Source: Octopus vulgaris
Taxonomy: Eukaryota
Direction: 5' to 3'
Assembly (NCBI GenBank): GCA_951406725.2
Contig: OX597826.1
Span: forward strand, 9,114,001 to 9,178,000
DNA length: 64,000 bases
The notes under the pieces are model-generated. The model was given only the letters and a program-made list of their open reading frames with translations, did no database searches and was not told where the DNA came from. This document shows, piece by piece, positions 25,501 to 38,865 of the stretch (the stretch's first letter is position 1; each line of letters opens with the position of its first letter). The position numbers and the translations under genes are program-made.

Positions 25501-26533
25501 ATAACAGTTTCTTCTTTAAGAGCACGTGTGTTTGAAAAGGTTAAATGAAAGCACTCACACACTAGAAAAAAATTATTCCCAAAAAAGGTTAGTAACATCC
25601 TCATAAAAGATTTCATAACATTCGTTTAAAAAATAATTTTGAAAAAAAATCACCTTTACACTTCAAAAACTGTATTAAGTAATTCACATAGGCTTTCAAG
25701 TGTGTGTGTGTGAGGATGTTCAAGTGAGGGTAAGCTTCCGGTGCATGACTTGATTTGATTTTAGTTCAAGTTTTACAATCTCACTCCGTTTTATTTTTGC
25801 CTCATAGAAGTCAGTTTGTTTGTAGTCAATAATCTGGAAGTTGAAGAGTTCTTTGAGAGTAACCTCACTTATTGCACGAATATCTTCAGCTTAATGCTTA
25901 CACATCTAATTCCTATCCAACTCCATGAACCTTCACGTTCTTTTACTTTTCTTTCCTAGGTTTCTCAACTTTTCCACAACACCACCCTTCTTGCTTGCTG
26001 ATTCTGTACCTTTACTCACATTTCTTCAAACAAAGCACCAGAGTGAAGCAACGTCATTTTCTTCAATCTTTATGGCAAATAAATTTTATTAGTGTTCCAA
26101 TTTTTCACAGAGAATTATTATTGCTTGCACAGCTTCCTGCTCTTAGAAATATCACCATGAAACATAATATACAAAATAACAATTCTCTGTTGCATGTATC
26201 AGAGAATGAAAGACTATGACAAGTGAGAGATGATGTGGTGGAACAGACTCATCTAACCCATGCCATTATGGCAAATAGACATAAGATGACAGGGATGACA
26301 TGTATATGTATTGTTGATGTCATAAGAATTTTGAAACTTCAAGAGAATGTGAAATAATTATCTTTTCTAACTTAGGATCTTGAAACAGAAAAGCTAATGA
26401 TAATGGTGTGTAAATATTAAATAAAAAGATCCTTTGGATAGAAAAAGTTGAAGGCTGCTTTGGCAACCTTATATATTGAATATATATATGTATATATATA
26501 TATATATATATACACACACAAACACAGACACAC

Positions 26534-27803
26534 ACATGGTGCAATGGGTAAATTGTTGCTGTTTTTAATTTGTGCATGTGCGTTGTTATTGATTTTGTCG
26601 ACTACACAGTATAGTAGAGTCAGTTGGGCACCGTCTGTGAGAAAATCAGCACTATGTGCCAGAAATTTGAAAATGACATGCTGTACTGCATGGCATTAAT
26701 GCTGGATTCTCCAATATGAACATTTCAGAGTATTTGGGTGTCAATCTGAGGACAGTGCAGAGAATTAGGAAAGAGTTAGATAAGTCTAATGTGGATTACA
26801 AAGGTACAGCAGCTCGGAAAGCTCATTCTCATCATTCTGATGAGAAAAGAACTGAAATTGTTAGTGAGATCCAGGCCATGATTGACAATGATCCCTCCAA
26901 GTCAGTCAGGTCCATCACCAGGAACATGAGAGTGTCTGAGTTTCTTATCATGCAGGTAGTTCATGAAGAAATTCGATATTCCTCACACAAGATAAGAAAG
27001 GGCCAATTTTTATCCCAAGCCATCAAGGACAAGAGGAAACACCGTGCTACGAATGTTCTAAACAAACTCAGGCATTCCCTCCAAACGATTGTGCTTTGGT
27101 TTTTCTCAGATGAGAAAAATTTCTGCCAGGATCAGATGGTGAACACACAGAACAACCATTGGCTTGCTGTGTCCCCAAAACAAATACTGAGACTGATAAA
27201 AATCAAACATCCATTTAACATCATGGTGTTTAGAGTGATCACTAGTGATGGCGACGTTATGATCCCATTCATCTTCCCACATGGCTTCAAACTCAACATG
27301 GAAGCCTACATCAAGTGCCTGAAGGATGTAGTGCTGCTCTGGGTCTAAAGGGTGGCTGCTGGAAGATGCTATGTTTGGCAACAAGACTCTGCACCATGTC
27401 ACACAAGCAGGAGAATCCAGTCATGACTGTCTGGCAATTTCTGCAACCACATCACCCCTAACATCTGACCTCCTAACTGCCCAGACAGCAACCCTTTGAT
27501 TATGTGTAGAGCGCAGTTGATTGAGACACCAACAAAACTCCCTGAAACCCAAGATGAACCGAAGGCAAGGATTATGGCAGTATTCACCAACTTAAACTAA
27601 GAGACCATCCAGAAGAGTTGCAGGAAATTCCGAAGCCGTCTGGAGGCCATGATCGAAGCTAATGGTGATTTTTTTTGAATAAATTTTCTTTAGTATTTCA
27701 AGATATATTTATGTAATTTTAGTAAATATATCTGTTAAAATGAGATGTTGGTGTTATTTTCCTTTTTGTGTAATTTAGACAATTTATTCTTTACAGCACC
27801 CTG
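26534..27803 (+). mobile_element. Near full-length Tc1/mariner element of the DD37D (maT) type, pseudogenised
   Basis: ORF 26716-27348 with HTH and FFSDEKNF continues through stops to QQDSAPCH..PPNCPDSNP(L)DY, with 37 residues between the 2nd and 3rd Asp. Right end gcaccctg-TA. Confidence 0.9.
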
Positions 27804-27822
27804 TATATAAATGTATGAGTGA

Positions 27823-27869
<47 letters not shown>

Positions 27870-28254
27870 GATGAGTGTATTTTTACCTTGTTAACAATTA
27901 ACACTGAAAAAATACAAAGGCAAGGAATTCTGTCTTCTGTAATTCTGAACTATTTTTCATTATTTTTCTAAAATTCCCCTAGTAAACACAGTTATAGAGC
28001 ATGCATACCGATGTAAACATTGGCAAAAACACACCTTTAGTTCCTATAAGTAATCTCTATCATTATACATAATTTAAACATTAATTTTCTTTTATATTTA
28101 ACATACACTAAAAATATCCCTCCTCTTTCTATAGGCTACTTCTGACGTTATATCATATAACGTTTTTTCAAACAATATTAATAGCATTCAGTAAATCATT
28201 ATACATATCCATCATTTTCTGTTAAAATGTCTTATTGACGAGTTTCATTTCTTC

Positions 28255-28341
28255 ACTTCCCTGAAGAGAAGATTACATTGATTTACACCATTTATTCTTT
28301 GGAATAATATCAGTGAAATCTTTGAAACATGTGTCAGAAGT
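28255..28341 (+). ncRNA. Type I hammerhead ribozyme motif in a Penelope-like pLTR (~27880-28378)
   Basis: acttcc CTGAAGA gaagatt-a-cattgat..atcagtg-a-aatcttt GAAAC atgt GTC agaagt: intact core, GUC cleavage triplet, 14-bp stem II and stem I with one mismatch. Confidence 0.7.
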
Positions 28342-28374
28342 AAAAGTATTTGAATTACACCTGCGTTAAACTCT

Positions 28375-28425
<51 letters not shown>

Positions 28426-28446
28426 CATACATACATACATACATAC

Positions 28447-28664
28447 ATAATATTGGTTTCAAATTTTGGTACAAGGTCAGAAATTTTGGTGAGTGAGATA
28501 GTTGATAACACCAACCCCAGTACTCAACTGGTACTTATTTTATTGACCCTGAAAGAATGAAAGTCAAAGTCAAACTTGGTGGAATTTGAACTCAGAACGT
28601 AAAGATGGATGAAATGCTGCCAAGCATTTTGTTTAACATGCTTATGATTCTGCCAGTTCCCTGC

Positions 28665-28667
<3 letters not shown>
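28447..28667 (-). mobile_element. SINE family C
   Basis: ccccagtactcaactggtacttattttattgaccctgaaagaatgaaag..ggaatttgaactcagaacgt. Confidence 0.8.
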
Positions 28668-28707
<40 letters not shown>

Positions 28708-29194
28708 TAATAATAAATTTATGTGGCTTGTTTAAATATAGAGAGAGTAATGTCTCAATACAAAATTAGTAAAGTGATGTGTGTGTGTGTGTGTCATATA
28801 TGTATGAATGTTAGTATTTTGCTTGTCATTTGAGCAAAGTGGTGCTTATGTTGACATACCTTGTTCACATTACAACTAATTGCATTATGTTTTTTGAAAA
28901 CCTGTGGAATATATAAATTCCTTACCTAAAAAAAACAAGTGAGGTTTGATCGCAGGAAGAGCATCTGGTCATAAAATCCTACCTCAAAATGAATTCCTAT
29001 CCTAGCTATGCTAATAAAATTGAACAGATAAGTGAATGAAATAGATATAAAAAGATGTAAGTTCAAACTTAGAAAGTGAAGAAGAAAAAACTACTCAATA
29101 GTTGTTGAGTTTAGTCATTTATTTGAAAGTATTGCAGCTGAGGAAACTTCAACTCTGAATAGATTAATAAATATGTTGAATGTTGAATAAATTA

Positions 29195-29255
<61 letters not shown>

Positions 29256-29439
29256 TACATATTGATTGTTTCACCTTGACTACTTTCAGTAGGAAACCTA
29301 GATTTGTAAGTTTTGTTAAATTTCTTAACTAATATATTTTATATACTTCATTAGTGAGAGTATTACAATGTAGACACCATCAGTTGAAATAGCTAAAGTG
29401 CAATCTGTTATGTAACTAAATGTGTGTGTATGTATATAT

Positions 29440-29828
29440 GCAATGGTCCCTATCTGAAAGTTTTGGTTTTCTTCCAGAGTTTTGTTTTGACGAGGAGGTT
29501 TTTCCCTCTTTCTCAAAGGCTGTCATTACCTTCGAGACAGTACTTCTTGATATACCAAACATTTCGGCTGTTTTCATTACGCTAGCACCTGCCATATGAG
29601 CACCAACAATTTGACCTCTTAGAAAGTCCGATAGATCTGTCATTTTAATGAATTTTAATTACCTTTTTCTGATGATATCCGAAAAGAAACAGCAATTTTA
29701 GCAAAATATATTAAGCAACACTAAAAATAAATAAAAAACATAAAAATAAACAAGCTTTTGATGATTTTATAGATATTTCAATATTATGATGCTATGATGC
29801 TAGGTGTTTCCATTATTTTGTCCAACCC

Positions 29829-29831
<3 letters not shown>
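29440..29831 (-). mobile_element. Tc1-like transposon 5' fragment
   Basis: rc TA-CAGGGGTTGGACAAAATAATGGAAACACC terminus. Paired-like HTH MTDLSDFLRGQIVGAHMAGASV..GRKPKLSDRD, truncated at a microsatellite. Confidence 0.9.
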
Positions 29832-29870
<39 letters not shown>

Positions 29871-29974
29871 CAAAAGGGATTTTAAAATCCAGGCAGATAC
29901 CTTATGAGCACTTTGTAATCCAAACGTGGCTAACTATATTGAACAGTAGGAAACACCAGGAATTGTGTAGAATA

Positions 29975-30380
29975 GGCGCAGGAGTGGCTGTGTGGTAAGT
30001 AGCTTGTTTACCAACCACATGCTTCCGGGTTCAGTCCCACTGTGTGGCACCTTGGGCAAGTGTCTTCTACTATAGCCTCAAGCCGACCAAAGCCTTGTGA
30101 GTGGATTTGGTAGACAGAAACTGAAAGAAGCCCGTCGTATATATGTATATATATATGTGTGTGTTTGTGTGAGTGTGTTTGTGCCCCTAGCATTGCTTGA
30201 CAACCAATGCTGGTGTGTTTATGTCCCCATTACTTAGCGGTTCGGCAAAAGAGACCGATAGAATAAGTACTGGGCTTAGAAAAGAATAAGTCCTGGGGTC
30301 GAGTTGCTCGATTAAAGGCAGTGCTCCAGCATGGCCGCAGTCAAATGACTGAAACAAGTAAAAGAATAAAGAGTAAGAGT
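29975..30380 (+). mobile_element. Full-length young SINE family A (reference copy)
   Basis: tRNA-like head (A box gtggctgtgtgg, B box ggttcagtcc), core, internal microsatellite and 3' end tgactgaaacaagtaaaagaataaagag. Confidence 0.9.
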
Positions 30381-31689
30381 AATAAGCACAGTCATACTGC
30401 CATTCATTTGGTAAATCGGGAGTTCACTTTGAAGTATTTTGCATAAAATTCCAGTCTTTACATATATAATTAGCTAGGTTTGGCTATTGAAAAAGGTTTG
30501 AAGAAATATGCTTTCAATACCCAAAACAAAATGTTTTTGTAAGAAAAGATGGAATAAATCTAGTTGTAACCTTATTCTTAGCATTTTGTTATTTTTAATT
30601 GTTAATTTCCTAGTCAAACAATTAGTTTCAGTAAATGTGTGTAATCTCTATATATACATATACACACTCTGGATCAAAAGTTCTGCTCAGATAGAATTTC
30701 AGTGAGTATAAAAACGGCTGTGCAGTTAATTATTTTCCTGTTTAAAATACCATCTACCATCCCATTTTGTTTGATAAAAAAAAGTTTTTGCTTCATTAAT
30801 TATGCTTGTCTATTATCTAATTTGATGAGTTTACCACTCTTATATTATATTTTTTTTATCTTAGGCAGTAATTAGAATTCTTACTAATGTTAATAAATGA
30901 GACTCATAAAGAAGTTATTTCCCTAATAACAAAGATAAAAGCAAAAAAAAAAAATGGGAAAAAAAAACATTGTTAGTCATATGATATGTTAATTATATTT
31001 CTGTTTTGTGTCAGTTTGTTTTGCTAGGTGAAAAGTAACAAGAGGTTCTGCTATTAATGGTGACCTAAGCTTGGCATCTAGATCTCATGATTCTGCTTAA
31101 TTTACAGAAATGTTCATATCAGTCATAATGTAGATAGAATAGGAAAAAAGAGGCAGGAACTGTTGTTAATGATGACTGTATTTAATTATTATACTAGCTG
31201 CAGCTGGTTGACTTGTTTGAATGGTCGGCTATTTGGTTGTAAAGGATCTTTATTTTATTTAGGGATACATTTTGTCCATGATGGTACTCTTGGCTTCAGA
31301 TGGGGGCAACATAAGATACAGAATATCACTGCTGGGTTGTTGTTATTTAGTCACAGGTCTGCCATCATCATCATCATTTAGCGTCCGCTTTCCATGCTAG
31401 CATGGGTTGGACGGTTCAACTGGGGTCTGTGAAGCCAGAAAGCTGCATCAGGCCCAGTCTGGGCAAGTTATTGATCAAGGGCGTTGGCACTTATGAACAT
31501 CTTCTCTTTTTAAGGGTTATCAAGGACTACATTATGTAATGTGTCCTCTATTTTCAAGAATGTGGGGTATTATTTTTAGAGACTTTGGTTGCTTTTTCTA
31601 GCAAGTTGAGTGACCATATAGAGGCTCTTACAAGTTGAAGTCAGGCATGGTGAGTTAAAATCTTCTATGGGTTATTTTGGGAGTAGTCG

Positions 31690-32040
31690 GTATCAGCCAC
31701 AATTATCATCCGCACTGGGCTATAAGATTGATAAACAAGCCCCTGGTGAATAGTTGGTCTGTTTCAGGCAGATCTCAGCAGGTTGTGTAGAGGCTGGCTC
31801 TTCTCTCATTGAGTGTTTAACATCAATCAGCTCATTACTGGCATTATCTTCCACATTGATGCTTGCCTGAGATTCTACCAAACATGATAGTTTGCTCAAG
31901 GCTGTTGAATGGCTAAAATATGCTAGAAAACATTTCTTTGGTATTCTGGGAATACAAGAATGAACTGACTGGATTGGTTCAGCAGATGAGTTTTCCATCT
32001 TTATCGCAGAGGTTCTGTGTACTTGCTCTTCATTAAGACA
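31690..32040 (-). mobile_element. Old degenerate LINE (RTE-like) 3' fragment
   Basis: Higher-GC coding-like stretch with weak resemblance to the RTE C-terminus. Confidence 0.35.
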
Positions 32041-32044
32041 GATG

Positions 32045-32445
32045 CAGGCATGGCTGTGTGGTAAGAAGCTTGCTTCCCAACCACATGGTTCTGGGTTCAG
32101 TCCCACTGAATTGCACCTTGGGCAAATGTCTTCTATTATAGCCTTGGGCTGACCTAAGCCTTGTGAGTGAATTTGATAGATAGAAACTGAAAGAAACCTG
32201 TTGTATATATAAGTATATTTATGTGTGTGTGTGTGTCATTGCATCTGTGTTTGTCCCCCACAACCGCTTGACAACTGGTGTGTTCCTGTAACTTAGCTGT
32301 TCAGCAAAAGAGACTGATAGAATAAGTACCAGGCTTAACAAAAAAATAAGTACTGGGGTTGATTCATTTGACTAAAACAAATTATTCAAGGCAGTGCTCC
32401 AGCATGGCTATCAGTCTAATGACTGAAACAAGTAAAAAATAAGAT
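32045..32445 (+). mobile_element. Full-length SINE family A
   Basis: Matches 29975-30380. Confidence 0.85.
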
Positions 32446-35400
32446 ACATTTCATTTTCAATTAAAGTTTGGTGAATTGAGAAGCAAACCTTAGTTCTAAT
32501 TTACAGTCCTTGTTAGCTCTGATCACCTCCATGTTGTTAACCCCATGTTAGCTCTGATCAACTAAACCTATGAGCAAAAAGCATTTAACCCCAGTGCATC
32601 CCATTTTAACTGAAAGTATAAAGTATCCAATACTGCATTATTTACACATGCAAATATCACCTTTTATTTTATTTATTTATTTTTTTAATTGTGACATGAA
32701 GGAAATTTTGCTACTATTCTTAACATATCAATCAACCATGTTAAGCCATTTTCTCAATTTCTTTCCTGTGAAATACTTCAATTTCTAACTTTGGTTCAGT
32801 GCCACAGATTTGTAGGAAAGCGGTACCGATATTTTAACTCTTTTCTTCGTTATATTTCTAATGCTATTGCAGTTTCTATGTTTCAGCATATGTAGAAATT
32901 AATCAAGGATTCGGAAGGATTTCATTAAAAAAAACTAACAGATTTTTCATCGTTAAACTATTGTTTGGAACATAGATTAACAAAAAGTTCTTACATAAAA
33001 TTATATAAGAATGTTTTCATCTAAATATGGATTCTTTAAAATAGAAGAACTTGTTTCATAGAATCAGAAGTGGTCTTCCTTGAGTTTGTATCAAATGGAC
33101 AAATTAAAAGCAGCGTGTGAATGGATTTAAAAATGCTAGGATGTTGAGTGAAAGTACTAAATTCTGCTATTGGTCCAGTATTCCATTGTTTCTACCATTC
33201 CACTGTCTTATAACAATTTTTTTTTTTCAAATCATATCCTATTATCTTAAAAAAAACAAAACATGGTCACTTTGAATAATGTGGTTCTAGATAGACTATA
33301 TCTGAGGTTGGAGTAGAAAATATGGAATATTCAGGGCTGGAATACTGTTAATAATAGGACTGCTAAATCAGTGCTAACCTTGGATTAAATATAAAAAACA
33401 ACTACATTAATAAAGATTATCCAGCAAGGGAGCATCTATAAAGTCAATCAACTTATTTGAAATAGCAGTGAAGTCTCCTTCAGATCTTACACTGATATCT
33501 TAAGAAAAAATAAAGACACTGGATAATGAAGGCTTAGTTACAATCTGTCTAAAAATAAGACAGGATGGTCATGGATGAAACATTTTCAATCATAGATTTG
33601 GTCCATCAGGGCTGGCTTGTGGCTGAACAACAGCAGTGGTTTTCAGTTATATATATTAACTATCGCTATATCTTCAATAGTGAGTTTAGCAGAGAAAGTT
33701 GTAAGAGATCTGGAAATTGATATTTGCCAATTAACAAGTTCAGTGCTTATGATTGTTTGATTAAAATCCCACCTAGATTAATTAATTTAATTAGTAACTG
33801 ATTAATTAAGCAGTAGGAACAATTCTGACTTTTGTGACACATGCCACTGAGTTTAGATCCTGTCAAGGAACACAATATCTAACAGAGAAGAAAAGAAAGA
33901 AAACCAAGACAAAGCAATCTGTAATAGATTGGTTTCCTTTTCTCTATAAGGAATCAAATAATCTCTAACCCACTTGTTACTATGGAAACTAAGATAATCT
34001 TTAGCTCTTTGAACCTAGCTGACTTTCAGACTGAAATACAATTTTTCCTTTTTTTCCTTTATTTCTTCAATATTTATATTTTTAAGTCATTTGAAAACAT
34101 ACCTGCATGTAAAAGAAGAAAAATATGTAAAAAAGTTGAAATAATCTTCTCTTTTATTCATATAAACATGCATGGCTCCCTTTTCTTTCGCTTATAAAAT
34201 TTTATTAGAATATTTCTTATCCCTAACATTCTTCACTCATCTTATCTCCTCCTTTCATACTTTCCAAAGATACTCACTCACACACACACACACACACAAT
34301 AATCACCCTTCTTCAAAAGCTCATTTAAAAAAAAAATTATTTTATTAAAATAATCTCTTGATACCACCCTTTCAATAGATACAAGCAAACAAGAGGGCCT
34401 TTATATGATCATACAACTTGCTAGAAATAGTAGCCAAATCTCCCTCAAATCACACCCTACAATCTTGAGAAGGGGGGAAGGATACACTGGATAGTGTAGT
34501 TTTATATACTACACTGTCAAAAATAAGCTTGGATAGTTATGGCTGGAATGGCTCTGAATCTAGGTCTGGATATAGAGATGTTTTAATCTACCTACCTAAC
34601 AACCTACCCTGACCCTTTCTGAACTAATCCTGTTTGTTTTCATTATTGTCTTCACTGACGGGAGTGAAATGCTTCTTTTTTCTATTCCCTTTTGGTGATA
34701 CCAAAGACAAATATTGCTTCTCCTCCTTTTAATTAAAACCATCCAATGCTGTTTTCTTCCATTGATTAACAGCTCTAGTTTTAGTTTAAAATTAAATTCA
34801 GTAATTAACTAATTAACACTATATTCACTTTGTTTTTACTGATTAGGTAGTTCTATTACACTTTGTGAAGTGAAATTTCCTGTGTAAAACAAAAACAAAC
34901 AAAAAAATTCTTCTCAGAAAAAACAACAAAAAAACAATTTGTTTTTCTTCTTTTCTTTGAACCTGTAAATTTTCTTTTTTTCTTTTTTGGTTTATTCTAT
35001 TTAATGCTTGTTATTTTTTTAACAAAGAAACATTTTCCTTCCTTGTTAATTAGTTATTCCTCCTTGTTTTTAAATATTTTTATTTTTTCATAAAGCAAAT
35101 TTGTTGTATGGTTGTATAATTTTTTCTTAGCCATTTTACATCTTTTTCAATTTATAGTTTCTCTTTTTTTGTTTTTCATAGCCATGGTAATATACATGGA
35201 AAAGTTCTTCAAATTTAAAGTAATTGATTGCTTCTTTTCACAACAAAATGTCATTTGGGGCATTGCTTTTAACACTTCCCCAGTAATAGCAATACTGTTG
35301 ATGGCGTATGTCTATTGTATCGCCAGTAATCCATGTGAAGCTCTGAACTTAACACTGCTAACAGCAGTGAACTGTGCCTTCTACTATGCTTATATGTTTA

Positions 35401-35519
35401 CAGCTAAGTGGACTGAGCTGATAAATCTTAAGTGGACAGACCTCAACAACAACTGGACATTAGCTATTAATTTATCAACACCCAGAGTATTAAATTAATA
35501 CTTTTGCCAGTTTTAAATC

Positions 35520-35885
35520 TGAAGATTTATGTATGAATTGTTGAATGAAAGAGATTTTTGTTTTAAATTTTGAAATAAGTCTTGATCCTCTTGTCACCTT
35601 GTAATATGCAAGTCTAAATTATGTGGTGTATCTTTTTTAAACACAGACAAGTGTGATTTGAAGGAATTTTGCTGTTAGTTCTAACAAGTTGAAAAACAAT
35701 GAAGATTTATATATGAATTGTTGGGTCAAAGAGATTTTTGTTTTATAGTTTGAAATAAGCAATTTTATCTTGTCATTTTGTAATATGCAAGTCTAATTTA
35801 TCTGGTGTATCTTTTTTTAAAGACATACAAGTGTGATTTGAGGGAATTTTATTGTTATTTCTAGCAGGTTGAAAAACAGTGAAGG
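35520..35885. repeat. Tandem duplication, ~181-bp unit x2
   Basis: tgaagatttat.tatgaattgttg..aaagagatttttgtttta..tgtaatatgcaagtctaa..gttgaaaaaca at 35520 and 35700. Confidence 0.9.
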
Positions 35886-38556
35886 TTGATTTAAATAGTT
35901 GTTACTAATAGTAGTGTTTACCTTAAAAAAACCATGATCATACAAATGTATGATTAAAGGTATTACAACTAAAATTGTCCCATCTTTTTATTTTTTTCAG
36001 GCATAACGTATCTTGAATTTGTCCTTCCTTGTTTTTAAGACTGTATGTTGTGATTTAGAAGAATTTAGCTGCTATTTCTAGCAAATCAAGAAACCCATAG
36101 TGGCTCACTTGAACAGTAATTGTTGTTCTTTAGCCCTAGATCAGCCCTGATCAAGCACCGTAATCATCCCATCTATTTTTTTATATGCACAATGTATCTA
36201 GGAATATATTATTTATTGTGTCCTCAAGGTGTTGAGCAATATTTAGATGTGATATCTAACAGGGTAACTACATGGAAGCATCTTCTTTGTCTCTTAAATA
36301 TTCCCCTTGTTTAATGTTCAGAAGCTTGGTATGAGTAGCACTAATCTTTGGTTGTAGTTTGACAAAATCAAACTCAGTTTTTCTTTTATTCTAGTCTATT
36401 GGGTTTTCTTGTCTATTTTCTTGTTTGGGAACAATACTGGTTGCAAATGGAATGTTATTGAATGTTTTTTTAAGAGCATTTTTTTTTTCCTTTCATTATG
36501 TTTTAACTTATAAAAACAAACCATTCTTAGAAGAACAACACCAGCAATAAAAGGCGAAATACTGACAAAGAGTTTATTTAAAATGGAAAATGAAAGCTGT
36601 AATGGATGATAAAAGACGAAGTGTTTTGAAAAACAAGACATTTGTTGGAAAACAACTGATATCATAGATAAAACTTGAAGAGATCACACAGAATAATAGA
36701 CTTGTTGTTTAGCCACAGAACAGTTCTTATTGAATAGAACTATGATCAAAAGTATTCCAGCTGTGACCATCCCATCTATTTTTTCCCTGGCATAATGTCT
36801 CTAGGATTGCATTGCTCAATGTGTTCTTCCTTCTATAAGATGGTAAACTATGATTTAAGAGAGACAACTATTTTTAGCCGATCAAGCAACCACCTAGATG
36901 GTCCCTTGTTGATTTAGACATCACTCAACGTTTCTACTGACAATGATAATAATCTGGGTCACATGTGGTTTCCCTGATTGGTTGGTCCTAAGTGGCTGTT
37001 CCTTTATCAAGGGTCACTTTATCATATGTTCTCTTCATTTTCCCTCTCCTTTAACAAGTCTATATAAAACCCAGCTGTTTTAAGTTTTATGTTCTCCATT
37101 AGGCATTCTTGTTGCTATGAGTTGCCCTTGTAGAAATAAATGAAAACATTATTATTATTATTATTATTATTATTTATTGCTGTATCTGAATTCATTTCTA
37201 AATTATATGGCTAAATTGCTCAAAAATTCAAGATTAAAAGCCAGATATTCAAATTTCTGTTCTTTGGTTATTCCTATGCAGATACGTTGTTATACCATTT
37301 ATGTGTCATAAAAAAAAAAAAAAAAAGAATCTTCAAGTTTCAATAACCACAACTCATACGAAATCCATTTGCATTTTATGACTTCTAGGTTGAATTTATC
37401 AATAGAATTATGGATTAAATTTAAATTCATGTGTGCAGCCGTTTTAAGCAGGTTAGTCTTATAGTCTGTGTGCATCATTTAAGCCAAAAACTTAGTTTAT
37501 GATTTAAATATTATAGATGCAAAAGTACTTTATTTTATTTTTTTATTGGTGACACATATTTCTATGTATGACTATTTTTGTGAGTGCTTGCCTGTCTTGA
37601 TGGAAGTTATCAACTTGTTTGTCTCTCTATTTGACAGAAATGTCTGTATCAGACAGAACTATCAGTTGCTGATACTTCTGTCTCATACTTAGCATTTGTA
37701 CCACAAAGATAAATTCACAAGTTATGGTGAACAAAACTTGCTGGTTAACTGGCTCTTGCAACACGCTTTAAATTATACCAAATTATTTATTCACTAAGCA
37801 AGCTTGTTTTCTTCCCTACATCAACCTGTGTAGAATCTTATGCATTTTTGTGATTATATTTTTCCTGGGCCTGGTGCGGCCTTCTGGCTTCCCAGACCCC
37901 AGTTGAACCGTCCAACCCATGCTAGCATGGAAAGCGGATGCTAAACGATGAGGATGATGATGATGACAGTTTTGACGTGCATGTTAAAATTAAGGGTATG
38001 TAACATTTTGGCACAGCCATTTTGGTGCCAATTAGTTGGTGTTGCTGAATCGACACTGACTTATTTGACATCAGACATTTTCTCTTTCTGTCTCTGTTTA
38101 TGTGTGTGGACACATTTCTCTTTATATGTATGAGGAGAGGGAAATTGCTTATGTCAATCATGTTTAATTAATAAATTGTAATGTCTCTCTCTCCCACTCT
38201 GTCCTTATTTAAGACAACAGTGTCATTCTTGGAATATTTGGCTACTGTTTCTGACTGGTTGAGAGACTACATAATTTCCATTGACCAGTCAGTACTTACC
38301 AATTTTTTTTTTGTGACCTTTAATATTGTGAAACTATGCAGTTCTGAAATTATCTTTGATTTTTCACATTTACATACAGAAATTAAAAATTGATTACCTA
38401 TTTTAATGTCAAATTGCTAGAATTGTCAGAGTATTAGTTAGAATGACTTGCAGCATTTGTTTTGTCTTTCTGGTGTCTGTTCAAATCCTTTTGTGGTCAA
38501 CTTTGCCTTTCAGCAATTTTGGGGTAATTGTAGAGTAATTTTGGGGTAATTTCAGT

Positions 38557-38865
38557 AAAGGCATGTGGCTCAGTAGTTAGGGGACTTGGCTCACGATCAT
38601 AAGGTCATGTGTTCACTTCCTGGCTGTGCAGTGCATTGTGTCCTTGAGCAAGACACTTTATTTCATGTTGCACCAGTTCACTCAGCTGGCAAAAACAAGT
38701 ATTACCTGTATTTCAGAGTGCCAGCTATGTCACATTTTGTGTCAAACTGAATCTCCTTGAGAACTGTTAAGTGTTCAGCCACTTGCATGTTAATTTCACG
38801 AGCAAGCTGTTCCATTGATCAGTTCAACTGGAACCCATGTTATCATAACCAACAGAGTGCCAGTG
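38557..38865 (+). mobile_element. tRNA-derived CORE/Nin-like SINE, with a partial 3' duplicate to ~39060
   Basis: ggcatgtggctcagtagttagg..gtgtccttgagcaagacactttatttca..gccacttgcatgttaatttca. Confidence 0.7.

Noticed and set aside
35290-35332. Weak hairpin tactg..tggcg..cgccagta as a miRNA
   Set aside because: The stem is too short and bulged, and matches no miRNA I recognise.
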